DNA from: Oculina patagonica
Lineage: Eukaryota
Assembly: GCF_052425735.1 (NCBI RefSeq)
Contig: NC_135758.1
Coordinates: 32,364,001-32,428,000 of the forward strand
Direction of reading: 5' to 3'
DNA length: 64,000 bases
This document shows, one piece after another, positions 49,935-62,209 of the stretch. The position numbers and the translations under genes are program-made. The notes under the pieces were generated by a model that made no database searches, had not been told where the DNA came from, and saw only the letters and a program-made list of their open reading frames with translations. Numbering within the stretch: position 1 is the stretch's first letter; every line of letters begins with the position of its first letter.

Positions 49935-51086
49935 ATTTTTTCGCAGGAGGATCGGAAACATCACATGTTCGAAGAATTTAAACACGTAAAGCCGTCATGT
50001 TTATAAATCTCCGTAGCCACAAAACGCAAACTAATTTTAAATGCGCTTCTACGGCAACAATGCATGCGCTTTCCACAACTAAAGCTAATCTGCGCTTCTG
50101 CATTTTTCGCACAAGGGCAAATGATTTTTTGGGCGGACAATAGCATGAACCTCTTTCTTCAGCACCAAAACACTTTAAGATAAGGCTAAGACAAGGAAAA
50201 ACGATATACTGTGAATTAATATTATCTAACACAAAGCCTTAGATCAAAAAATCCCCTTGACAAATTAAAATGCAGAGCGCAAAAGCAACATTCATTACTG
50301 TTTAAGTAACTACTTGTTTGTATCTTGTTTTCTGTTTTCCCTTCTATACGTTACAACCCAAATAATGCATGCTAATTTTTGTAACTACTCAGCTCATTTA
50401 GTTTTTACTATTCTAACTATTTTTTCTGCCTAATTGTTAATGTTTTGCCCGTTTTTCATGTTTTTTTATATTTGACTTGTGCCAAAATAAAGTGGTTGTT
50501 GTTGTTGTTTGTTAAAGCTACGAGTATCTCTAGTGTCCAAGAGCCTTTTTACATGATGCCGGAATGACTTTCATTCCGGAACGAGTTCATTCCATTCCCA
50601 TATATTTCTCTGTTTCTGTTTTCATGATACCGAGATAATTTTGTTGCCGCACAAGTCATTCCGGAATGAGTTCATTCCGGTTTTTATTCCGGAAAGAAAC
50701 TTTACTTCTGGAATGACATCTCGGGCCATGTAAACACAAAACGAATTTCGTTCCGAGATGAAGCTGCATCTCATGAAACCGCATACGGAGGCCACAGTTT
50801 GAACTCGGAGCGAAAAAACGTCAATTTTTTTCCCGTTTAGCCCATAGAAGTAGCACTACGGTCAAATTACTCGTCAAAATTGCAGATTTGGCCATAAATG
50901 GGGACAATCATATGTTTGCCCGAAACACGCCCCATCTGTGTTTTTTATCTCGCGCGAAAGCCACTCACGTTAAAACGCCTAATTTTTGAGCCGGTCGACT
51001 TTGATATGTATATGCAGCATTCCGGAATCATGTAAAAGGGGCCCCTACAGTCTCACATGGAGAATATTTCTCATTGATCACAGTGT

Positions 51087-54000
51087 TCACAGGTGCGTGG
51101 AATCCATCAGCTGCAGCTCAGTGTCGTCATCATCAAGATCCAATCGGTTGTATCTTCCGTTTCTGTTCTCAAGATGAATGACAGCATTCAACGCTTCTTT
51201 GGCTTTGTGAAATGATTCTCGCACATCTCTGTGGGTTCTAATCTGAAACGCGTCGTTGATCCTCTTCTTTAAGTCTTCTTCCACCGCTACGTGTAGTCTC
51301 TCTCGGAATAACTTCCCAAGTATATCTTTCTCGAGTTCGTCAAACTCGTCACTGTTCGGAAGTGTATCGTCTACGAAACAGCATCTCCGAATGCAAACGA
51401 GGCCCAGCGAAAACAGAGTGGCCGCGATCAGGATGCCAAAACCAAGGATCTGGGACTGCATGTGGACTTTAAGGAGGCTTCCCTCGGATGGTTTCTAATC
51501 GAGGTAAAAAAAAAAAAAAGGTAAAGTCTGTGTTCGAGCCAAGTGGCCCATACAGCCGGAGCTTATCCCGGTTTCCGTATCATTAAGCGACTGAGAGTAT
51601 TGCTACTCCCCCCTGGATGGGATGCCAGTCCATCGCAGGGATTACCCCCTATTTATACACCTGGGTGGAGAGAGGCACTGTGAGAGTAAAGTGTCTTGCC
51701 CAAGAACACAACGCAGCGCCCCGGCCAGGACTCGAACCCGAGCCGTTCGACTCGGAGTCGAGCGCGCTAACCATTAGGCCACCGCGCCTCACACATTCTA
51801 ATCGAGGTAGGAGTAAAAAAAACAGTAAGTTTAGTGACAAAAGAACTCGAAATACTGAACATGGAAATGTGAGCTAGACTTGGATATTCAAATCGAAGAT
51901 AGGGGGAACTTCTTGAGGGTGGATAACCCTGGGGCTCCTCCCTTCTCCATTCCGTATTCAAACAACTAAAGTTTTTTTTTGCCTGGTGTAGTTCCCCATT
52001 ATCTTACTAGGGATAACGCTTGGATATTCCGGCATAGGTTTATTTCAGCACTTAAAATTACTAAAGTCGAAGCTGTCGCAAGCGACCGCCTCGGGAATTC
52101 GAAAAAGTGCTAGGGTATTATTTAAGTGTCAAACTATCCAAATAATTGTAAAAATGTACATGTAAACAAACGTTGTTTACAGTGGTCATGCACTTAGGCA
52201 CCATATCTCTTCCAGATAGCTAGTTTACAGGCATGCCACTAAAACAGAGGAAATAAATATTTTAAATGAAAATAACATACTTAAAAATCCCAACTAGCAG
52301 GAGGCAGACCAGTTGGCTATATACAAAGCGTCATCGAGGATTTGAACTCGGGACAACCGAGAAACAAATCCAGCTAGTGGTAGGGTGGAGGGTTTGCACC
52401 CGAGACCCCCGGATTACAACCCTAGCACCCATAACCACTCGACCACGCTGCCTCCTTCTGCGTCCTTTTTCTCAATTGCAATTGAAAACTACGTTGACGG
52501 TCTTTCTTTCTTACTTACTTTCAGAATATCCGTGTAGCACGATGTACAAAGCGAGCCTAAACTGGAACACACGAAAAAGTCTCCTTTCATCAAGGCGATG
52601 GTTATGTAGGCCATGGGGGCAAGGAATGGCTGAAAGAGCCTCGTTAGTGACTTCATACGGTAGTTACATCTCTCCGTCACATGTTGCAGTCGGCTCGTTT
52701 TCAGTATAGACTGCCAAAAGCCTCCACTCATCATGAAACCGAGGCCCAAAAGGAATAGTGCGGGGCCCACCATCATAACGAGGCTGTACATGAAGTAATT
52801 TGTGCAGGGGCATCTGTCAAAAGAAAACAATGTATAGTTGAGCCATTTTTGTGTGGCTCACACAAGGGGTATTCCACACTTTGTCAGGAACGGCGAACCT
52901 TTTTGATGTAGTTTTGGAAAGCAATTATGATCCTCAGCAGCTAGCAGTCAGCTGCATAAATTTTTTCTTCGGCAATCAAACACCAAACCGCCCTCAAGCT
53001 AAAATGGTAGTTTTCTTCAAGATGTTTCCCGCTTTTCACAAGTTTACAATACCTGTTCACTTGGTTTATGATTGGGTTGTCGTTAATTTAATTTCAGTAT
53101 GTTAAATTGAGATTTGAGAATCCAGTGCTAGAATGTAGCGGGTGTTTTTGGAGAGGGGTCAGGTTGCTTTAGTTTCTTATCGTCCAGAGAAAAAAAGGAA
53201 AACTATAATATTTAGATTAAGACGAAACGCAAGAGACAATTCGATTGTTTTTAGGAAAATTGCCAATGCTTGACCACACAAACACAGAAAATGAGTTTGT
53301 TACAAATATACGTCAAATACTATGGTATCGTTTTTAAAAATTAAAATTATTGTGTCTAGTTTTTTTCTCGTGTGGCATTTGATCCACTAACAAATTAAAA
53401 GAAATCACATCGCAAATATTTCATTTAATTTGTGCTATCACAACACTTGCACTAATAAAGCCAAATAGTTAACTTGGCGAATGTATAAATAAGTTAATAA
53501 ATCTTTAACTTTACTCAGCTAAAATTCTCACACCAGACGCGAATTGGGAGAAACGTGAACGGAGAAGAAACAAACTCATTCCGCTGAGCACACACTTATT
53601 TTGTATATTTTTTTCAGTACCAATCAATTATTAATCCACATGTGCTGGCGGTTTTTCAATTCAGTACAAAACAAAAAAATGCAGTAAAATTAGTTAAATT
53701 AATAGACCAGCTGGACTGTATAGAAAACGAGCTTTGATTTCTATAATTTTCAGAATCTTTCGTCAATAGGTTTCCAGCACTTTTATCTTTTAAGTTTAAG
53801 AGTTGATGCCTAGCCCCCTTTTGTTCAAAAATAAATAAATTCAACATCCCACCGGCTCGAAACTGGACAGATGTGCGATTTGTTTTGTTGAATTTCTGTT
53901 TAAAATAAAATGGCCTGAAACCAGTAAGAAGAGAAACATTTCGACTTTATTTGTGGAAAGAATTTCAATTTCTTTTAACTTTTAGCGCTGATTTATTTAT

Positions 54001-54360
54001 CTTTTCTCACTACAGGCTACAAATAAACTATTTTATTTGTACTTAGTGATTCACGAACGAAATTTCAAGATTTTAGCATGGAACAATGATAGATTCTCCC
54101 TTTGTGTAAGAAATTTAAAATCACGACCTCACAAGTGAACAGACACACAGTAATTCCGAGTAATTTTAGTTCGATTCAGTTTGGGAGAACTTAAATGGCA
54201 GGGAAAATCACGATTATTTATAAGAACAGACCGCTTACCTGAGCAATTGTGTTCTTATGAACTCTTCAAATCCATAAACTATTACAAGGATGATTGAATT
54301 TTGAATTGGTCCTTTTGTGTGCTTAAACCGTCTTCCAAGAACTTCCAGCAAGTTTTCCAT
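51087..54360 (-). CDS. CALHM (calcium homeostasis modulator/FAM26) family large-pore channel, copy B, intact, 3 exons, 274 aa
   Basis: Exons 54360-54239, 52813-52519, 51494-51087 (825 nt); an in-frame upstream ATG at 54450 could add 30 aa. Family motifs: LLRCPC.NY..YSL...GPALFLLGLG, LAPMAY..IALMKG.FFVC, QSQILGF.ILI, IRRCC; four hydrophobic segments followed by a charged helical C-terminus. Confidence 0.85.
51507..51795 (-). mobile_element. tRNA-derived SINE inserted at the exon 3 splice acceptor of CALHM copy B
   Basis: Same family as 26134-26438; 14-bp TSD TTCTAATCGAGGTA (51493-51506 / 51796-51809); absent in copy A. Confidence 0.9.
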
Positions 54361-55696
54361 TTTCGCTTCAGTCACTTCCGTCAAAGAGGTCGCCGCTTTC
54401 GTTTGTATATCGATTGACGAAGTTGACTTATAAAACTGATCTGATTTCATCTCCCGGCCTCAGCCTATGAAAAAACTGTGAATAATAATCTTGTTAGGCA
54501 AATTATCTTGGGATGTTATCAATAACTTTACTTATGGCATGTATTGTTTTGAGGTATTCATATGGGTTTTTGCTTCCGCGCAACTGGCTGGGACATTGAC
54601 CGCAGAAATATATCTCCAAGAAAAGTCGGCGTTCCAGTATGAAAATGAGTTATGACACTTCATGAATCTTTCATGTCTGTGTTTATATTTGTACAGACGG
54701 AAAGCAAGCACTTTCCTACGACTTATATTATACAACTCACTGGACAGCTAAAAGTTTCGAGAAGTATTCGAACGCAGTCATTTGTAAAGAAAATTCACAC
54801 TCAGATTTTTCATTCTTTAGTACTTATCGGGCTGATCGGAACGAAATCACATCTGTTCATGTCAACAAAACGTTTCGAAAAGTAATAAAACTTTGGGGGG
54901 GAAGAGCTAAGCATCCTACAAGAGCTTTTGAAGTGCTGTTAAACTGAAAACTTGATACATTTTGAGCATGGCCGAGTTTGAAAATATTTCAAATCCAGCG
55001 TTCTTTTGACCAGTATTAACTAAGCTAAAAGTCAAGCCCTTAAAGTATAGACTTGTTAAAATGGACGAATACTAAAATCATGTCAATCACCTATAAGAGT
55101 ATTCAATAAAAGTCCTTGCACTCAAGTAATCATGATATTCCGAGTCGGGAATCATTAACTTTGCTTCAAAACGTTTCTTTGCAATTCAGTAAAGTTTTCG
55201 TAGGGCAAACAACGGTTTTTGGGATGCCGAACGCTAAAACAACAAACAAACTGAACTAAAACGGAAAAGAAGGAGAAAGGAAAACAAGAAATAACCAAAG
55301 AAAAAAAAATCAAAATGGAATTTCTTGGGGAGGAATTAGTCAGCCCCCAAACCTGATTGACAGTGATTCCTTGGTCTTCAATAGACTCAAATCTTCACCT
55401 GGGGGAGAGGGCGGGAGAGGTTATTCGGCCCCAAGCCAGCTCTCTAAGAGCGCGTACTCTGCTATAGATCAGTTGAAATGGACTTAAATCAGCATCACGT
55501 GGGAAAAGTGCTTCAAAACAATCTAAGCTTTGAAGAGATTTCAAATCCAGCGTTTTTTCCAGTATTTAGTTTGGATAATTATGATTTGTTCAAAAAGTAA
55601 AGATTGCTCTCAGCTCGTAGCAAATACAGCTCTCTGTCTACAAGTACAAGATATAGCAGAATCTAGGATTTATCAGTCAACGATCCGTATCATTTA

Positions 55697-55826
55697 AGCT
55701 TGGTTCTCATATGATCGTCCCGATCGTCTCTGTCGCTTCAAAAAGTTTGCTTGCTCCAATCACCTCAGACTTTGCAAACGACAGAAGCGACAGAGACGAT
55801 CGGGGCGATCATATGAGAACCAGCCT
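55697..55826. mobile_element. Fold-back MITE (Harbinger-like)
   Basis: TGGTTCTCATATGATCGTCCCGATCGTCTCTGTCGCTTC...GAAGCGACAGAGACGATCGGGGCGATCATATGAGAACCA. Confidence 0.75.
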
Positions 55827-55828
55827 TT

Positions 55829-56203
55829 AGGCCCCGTCCGGGAGCCCGTCCACAGTAATCCGGAAAAAAATTGGAAAAAGGAGAAATTTGAAAATGCCGT
55901 ATAATATATTTCCGTCCACACTAGACCGGCCGATAAATTTAAAAACGCATTCTATTTTGGTCAAGAACGGATAAAATGCGTTCCTAAATACTCACTTTAA
56001 AGAGCGCTTGCAAAACTGAGTTCCTATTTCAAACTGTTTTCCATCCGAGCAAAGCCGGCGTGTTCAAATAAGCGGTCCACTTTGAAGAGCGTTTTCGAAA
56101 GATCCGTTAATGGTGGACAATTTTTAATTTGGACGGCTGGCCAAACCAGAGAAAAAAAAAAGATGTGTTTTCGAATTAGTCCGGGTTAGTGTGGACGGGG
56201 CCT
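55829..56203. mobile_element. Harbinger-like MITE related to 44869-45254
   Basis: AGGCCCCGTCC..CCGTCCACA.TAATCCGG / CCGGGTTAGTGTGGACGGGGCCT termini, with TT(A) flanks. Confidence 0.65.
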
Positions 56204-57180
56204 TAGTGCCGCTCTAAAACGCATTATGTTTATTTCAAGAAGTTATGGGGCTCCCAAAGGCTGTGTAAGTGGTATTAGAGAATCCATGCACCTGCTTTAG
56301 TAAATGTTTAAATAGATAAATATAATATAGCGGGTGTATGCAATTCTCGTGAGTCGCGGGTCAAGTGTCGCAGATCACGGGTTATCGGTAATTTTTTGCT
56401 GCTCGCGAGTGAACTGATTTTGCAAGTAAATTTGTGTTCCACAGTGAAAATGAAGAAAGGAATCGAGGAATGCGCATAAGCCGAGCCTAATGTATCTAAG
56501 GTAGCCACAAATGCGAAGGAGTCAAGTTGAGATTGGCACCGTTTTGTCTACAGTTACCACTGGTGATGGTTTCTATGATAGCAATGAAGTTTTAAGGGAA
56601 AATGTCACAAAACGTCCCTGGCGCCATACTTACATGATAACCTTAGAAATGATTGCAGCAGCTCAACGTTAGAGGGCGGTATCAAAGTAACAAATATAAC
56701 GGTTGAAGTTTCGTATTTCACGACTGTATAACTACCTAATAATATACAACCCCCCCATCGTTTCATAAGCGACTCTGAGCGTGGTCTGAAAAAACTGGCC
56801 AATAGCTTATTTTTCTCTCAATCAAATAAACACCCCACATAGAAGAGCTGCAATGTATTTGCATTTTGCATAATGCTGTAGAAAGCCATTCAGCTGCTTC
56901 GCTACCAGTATTAATTTCATCGCTGTGGTTAAACAGGCGCTGGTCAAGCCTACGGCCAAGGTCTTTAAAACAATAAATGACCGGCAGTGGATTTTTTTTA
57001 ATTCTTGTAAATCAAGAGAACTTAGCCAATCCAAAAAAATTGCTAAGCGATTCAAAAGAGCGCCATAGATCTCAAATTCAACTGGTTCTTGGTTTACATA
57101 TACGCTGGGCATAGAATACGAAGCAATGAGTTGTGACGCTTGACACAGTTGGTAGTTCTGAACCATATGGCCGTCCTTAA

Positions 57181-58030
57181 AGGGACCGTGTCACGGATTT
57201 TAGCCAAACTTAGGCATAGGAAATGACCATCAAATTTGTTTAAATGTATAAAATAACCTCTTAAAACAGTGAAGGAATATTTAAATAACACACCAAATGC
57301 AAAAGAAGGTTCGGATGGCCAAAAGTGTCAAAGATTGAAACGGATTGCGATGTGGGCTTTTGAAATATGGTCCGGCGGAACAGTTTTCAAAGTTAAGGTC
57401 ATTGCCCTGTATTGCATTGCGCATCCTTACTGCGCAGAATTTTACGCGTATTTAGTGCGCGCGCGCGCGCGAACATCAACAAAATGGCGGCTTTTTTCTC
57501 TATGTGGCTTAGTCCGCGAGAGAAGTAAATTGTCACTTTCTCCTAAACGAGTCTGGTGACCTATCAATTTTTTCTCATTTTTTTGGTGTAGTGATCAAAT
57601 TCTTTCTGTAAAATGAAAACAGATCAATTCATGTGTTTGAAAAATAAATTATCGCTAAAAAAGTGTACTTTGCCAGTACTCGCAGAGGAATTATAAAGGA
57701 ATTATATGGAATATACATGGTCTTCCTGCTCCTAAACGAATTTGGTGACCCCCCTTTTTTATTTCAAAATTTAAGTTCCCTCAAAGTAATAAACCAGTAA
57801 GCGAAGTTTGGTTAAAAAATTGTGTTCAGTTCTATTTCAGGGCAATGACCTTAATCTTGTCTGCTTGTAACTTTCATTTATGACGCCCGGGAGACACATT
57901 AAGCTGCAATGAAGCTATGGTTTTGTCATTTAGTATCAAAGAATTAATTTCTTTGCAAACATTTAGTTTCATAGCGAATATTTGGCAAAATTTAACAACA
58001 TAAGATTAACTTAGCCGTGACATAGTCCCT
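57181..58030. mobile_element. Kolobok-like non-autonomous element (outer)
   Basis: TTAA|AGGGACCGTGTCACGG...CCGTGACATAGTCCCT|TTAA (14/16 TIR match). Confidence 0.8.
57397..57850. mobile_element. Kolobok-like non-autonomous element (inner, nested)
   Basis: TTAA|GGTCATTGCCCTG...CAGGGCAATGACC|TTAA (perfect 13-bp TIR). Confidence 0.85.
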
Positions 58031-58507
58031 TTAAATCAGCATTGTCATTTGTGTGGCCTTTGCCAAAAAAAAAAAACAGAAACGAACAATGTAGCGTTAC
58101 CTACGATAAACGACGGTTACAGCCAAAGGAAACGTTTCACAAAGGCTTTAGCTCCGCGAGATAATTCAGTTTCAGTGAACTATCGTATGCCTTTAAGGTG
58201 CTCTGAGGCTGTGGTCGTCTTTTGACGAGGCTTCATGTTAAGACATTGAGGACCATTCATTTTTTATGAGGTAGGGGAGAGGGGGGGGGGGGGGGCATGA
58301 AAAAAAATATGGCTTCAAAGGGGGGCGGGGCAGCCAAATGTTGGACGTTTTGACATGGTCTGTAAATATGATCATTGAAAATAATTATACTTTTTAAGTG
58401 TTGTAATAGTCCGTTGTAACGGTCCCTTGGGGGGTGAAAACGTAACAAACCGCTTAGAAACAGCAACAACGGCGACGTATATTTCAAAAGGAAAAGAACC
58501 AAGAGTG

Positions 58508-59485
58508 AATATTTAACAATTATTCCATGAGCCCGCGTTGGATACGAGGTGGTAAATAGCCAACGAGGCGCGAAGCGCCGAGTTGGCTATAACGACTCGT
58601 ATCCAACAAGGGCGAATGGAATAATTGTTTTATTAAATTCTTCTCAAGTTTAAATCGACTGGACATTTCATTTTGATGTAAACGAAGTGATAGTATGAGG
58701 AGGCGCGAAAATTTCTGGCGCGGTGTTCACTTCTTGAGTTGAATGAAACATACGAGGAAAGCGAGCCAGAGAGTTTTCTTTCCAAGATTTTCCTCGAACA
58801 ATCCCCTCTAAAGTCGTCTAAATATCCTGGAAATTGTGACAACAGTTAAGATTTACGAGAAGATCCGAAGCAAAACCTTTTCTGGAAACTACAAGTCTTG
58901 TGCAAGTCGAACGAAGCAAGTGTTTACATTGTACTTCTTTACGGCTCCACGGCTGTCATCAAGACTGCTATATTATTTGAAGCGAAATTCAGCTTAAAGT
59001 GGAACAGGTTTGTTGAAGTATAAAAGGACAAAACCAAGATTGAAAGGTAACAAACTTTACGGAAGTGCTGAGCCTAGTTTTATGACGTACACTGAATGAA
59101 ACTGTGTCAGTTTGCCGTTCTTTCGTAAATTATTTGCTGCTTTTCTACTTTATTGACTCGCTCTTGTTGTGTGTTTACAAGTATTATTAATTAAACTTTT
59201 CGCATCAATCCTTTTGTTTTGCGTAGTTAATTTTACTATGGCATTTCTGTGGTTGTGGTAGGCACCGCTGATTATTTCTTGTTCATAAAGTTCGCCAAAT
59301 TTGCTGTTTTTCAACCATTTTTCCGATGGAACTGTCGCTTCCCGTAGAAAAATTTTAGCTTGGCAAAAGTAACGCAATCATTTTCCAAATAAGGTCAAAC
59401 TAAGGTATACGAGCTGACAACCGGGATTGAGTGAACCAATCAGAATGCTAGAAATGCAATATCCGTGGCTGAAAATTTAATAATA
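58508..59485. mobile_element. Non-autonomous Crypton-like repeat
   Basis: Begins TATTTAACAATTATTCCAT..GTTGGATACGAG with inverted partner CTCGTATCCAAC..ATGGAATAATTGTT and a GGCGCGAAGCGCC hairpin. Family assignment is from pattern recall; right end approximate. Confidence 0.45.
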
Positions 59486-62209
59486 TCGGATATTCATTGT
59501 ATGACAAGGAAATCAAACGTATATTTTTTTTCTTTTTATTATTCACTTTACCACAAACAAATAATCGGTGATAAAAAAACAAATCAAAACATAGGGCTTT
59601 CCACCGTAAATTTTACCTTAGAGCAAAGAAATTTACAAAAAACGGCATCACTGAATACTGGAATGTTTAAACATGTTAACAACTTAATCACTACTTGTCA
59701 ATGTAAGAATATTCTGGCCCTTTCCCCCACTTGGGGAAAAAGAACTTTAAGCTACCATAAGTGTATACAAAGCTAAAGCTATTCTGTAGATCGACTGCAT
59801 AATTAAGCACAGTTTTTGACAATAGTAGCAAAAATACGTCGAGCATTATTTTGAAATTGACTACTGCATAAATTTTTCAACATGCATTAAATAGATAAGC
59901 GTTTATATAGATTTAAACTTTTTTATCAAATATAACCAAAGAAATTTCTTTTCTAGATAAGTATATTTAACTTACAAATAGTTATTGAAAACAAGGCGAT
60001 AGAACTCAACTGACGACAACTTGAATAGCCCAGATACATTGCAACATAGTTGATATAATATATATTTACTCTTCCAAGCATCCTATGATCTTTTGATCTG
60101 ACAGCTTGTATGCAATCATACAAAAGGTGGTCACGTAGTTATCAGGAAAAACATATGTAATGCATATCTATAAATAATACTAGTAGAACGACATGTTGCA
60201 GAACTAATTTCCTTCAACGTATTTTCTTACAATAATTCTAAATTGCAATTATCTCATGCAATAATTATTTCAAGAGTGATAACTGTGATTTACTTTCTGT
60301 ATATCATCCAACATTACAAGATGTATCTGGGCTAAAAGACATTAATCATTGAAAGGAAATTAACTATTGTCGTCAGTGTAAGTTCTTTGCCTTGCATTAT
60401 TTTTTTTTTAAATTATGAAAATGTTATTACTTACAAGACTTAAAAACATATAACAGACAAGTTTTGATACAAAATCTTAAACTTGCGACAACAACTATCT
60501 GTCCATGCTATGAAAATACACGTAACAAAATAATGTAACTTCATTTGAATATACAATATTAATCACCAGAGTTTTAAAACTTGTATCAGGACTATCCTTT
60601 GTGGAAAAATATAGAGATACCAAGTCTGTATAAAACAAAAATATACAACTTGATTTGGTCTGTAATTTGAAACATTACACACTACTTGAAAATATGTCCA
60701 AGATCCTTCACTTATTTATATGGATTACAGCTTCACTGGAAAAGAAATTTATTTTTGCGAGAGAAAAAACTATTTATAGAATATACAATAAAACATGATA
60801 TGCTTTAAACCAAAAAGAAGACTGACAACATTTTCAACTTCCCAAGTAATATAATACACCCTGGTTTTTTAAACAACATGGGGGTGTTATAGATGTAGAA
60901 AAAAGCCACACCCACTAGAAATTCTGAAGGGGGGGGGGGGGGTATTTTAAAGCCAAAGTTTTTTAAGGAAAGTATAAACTCAAACCATACATTTTTTTGT
61001 TGGGGTGGGGAGTGAGTTAAAACCATGACACAATCTGTAGAAAGGGTGTGGCTATTTTCTGAAACCACAAAATCAGGACCAATCAACTTCACCTGTGGGC
61101 TATATAAGCTTGCTTAGATATGAGTGCACCTTTACATACCTCATTCTGCTCTAAGGAAGACCAAGCAATTATATTGTCACAGTTACACATTTATCTGTGA
61201 TATAATTCAGATTAATAACAAGTGACATAAACACACACTATTCACTTCCACCCTGTAATCAACAAAATAATACCTTGCTAGCATAATCACATGAAAGTGA
61301 CTCCCTGTATCAAATTACAAAAAATTAACCAAAAGTTAATTCCAGCATACTACAAATACATATTTTATGTCCAAAATTTTTTATGAAAATTGCCAGAGTC
61401 CTTGCACTACCAATAACGTTTTTTCTTTGAAAGGGATCATTGATAATAATTTGCTTGTTAAATCCAATATCTTTACTGTTTATTTTCCCAAACTATTTTT
61501 TCAATCTAACGAGAAGATTGTGAACCCAAGAAATGAAAGTTGGACAATAACTTCATACTTTCCCAGGTCTGGTTAACTGGTCAAAATATTTGTTACAATT
61601 TTTCCAGTTAATTTGTGATACACACCTTACCCTCCCCCTTCTGGTATGTACATATGTAGACTGACTTTACTTAACTTAGTTATAGTGTGGGGGAGGGGGG
61701 AGTCATTCTTAAGTTATACTTATAGGTGTATCAAATGGTCTTTGCGAGCATGCGAGCACAGCATTTTTCTTTGCGAGCACGAGCATTGACAAAAATTACC
61801 CTTGCGAGCAACGAGCACTTTTTTAAAAGCTACCCCACTAAAAACCGAGCATGCAAGCACTTGTAAAAATGTGCGAGCACGAGCAAACGAGCACCCCCTA
61901 AAATTTTGTGAGCATTCCGAGCAAAAGCTTAATTTTGCGAGCATTGCAAAATTTTGAGGATCCATTCACGACCCCTGCTTATGCCAACATACTGTAAATA
62001 CAAACTAACTCTTCCACTCCCAGAGTGAAACCCCAAGTCAATAATTTTGCTTTGTCACTTTTAAAACTGCAGGCAAGACACTTAATAACACTCACATGAA
62101 AGCTTCCAAGCAGTATACTAATGTTACGCTATTCACATTTCAAAAGACAAACTCTAGAGTTTTGCGCTCACTTTTGACCTTGCAAAAAGTGCCAAATCAG
62201 AGTAAAAGA

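Larger units (their letters stand above)
45350..54449. repeat. Tandem segmental duplication of the CALHM-like gene (unit A about 45350-49228; unit B about 50230-54449; ~1-kb unique spacer)
   Basis: Both units start ACAAAGCCTTAGA.CAAAAAA.TCCCCTTGACAAATTAAAATGCAGAGCGC and end GTTGACTTATAAAACTG.TCTGATTTC; exons, introns and 3' flank are colinear and highly similar. Confidence 0.92.

Noticed and set aside
52266-52709. 147-aa plus-strand ORF, and similar ORFs at 46077-46471 and 51256-51498
   Set aside because: Antisense shadows of CALHM exons plus SINE/MITE sequence.
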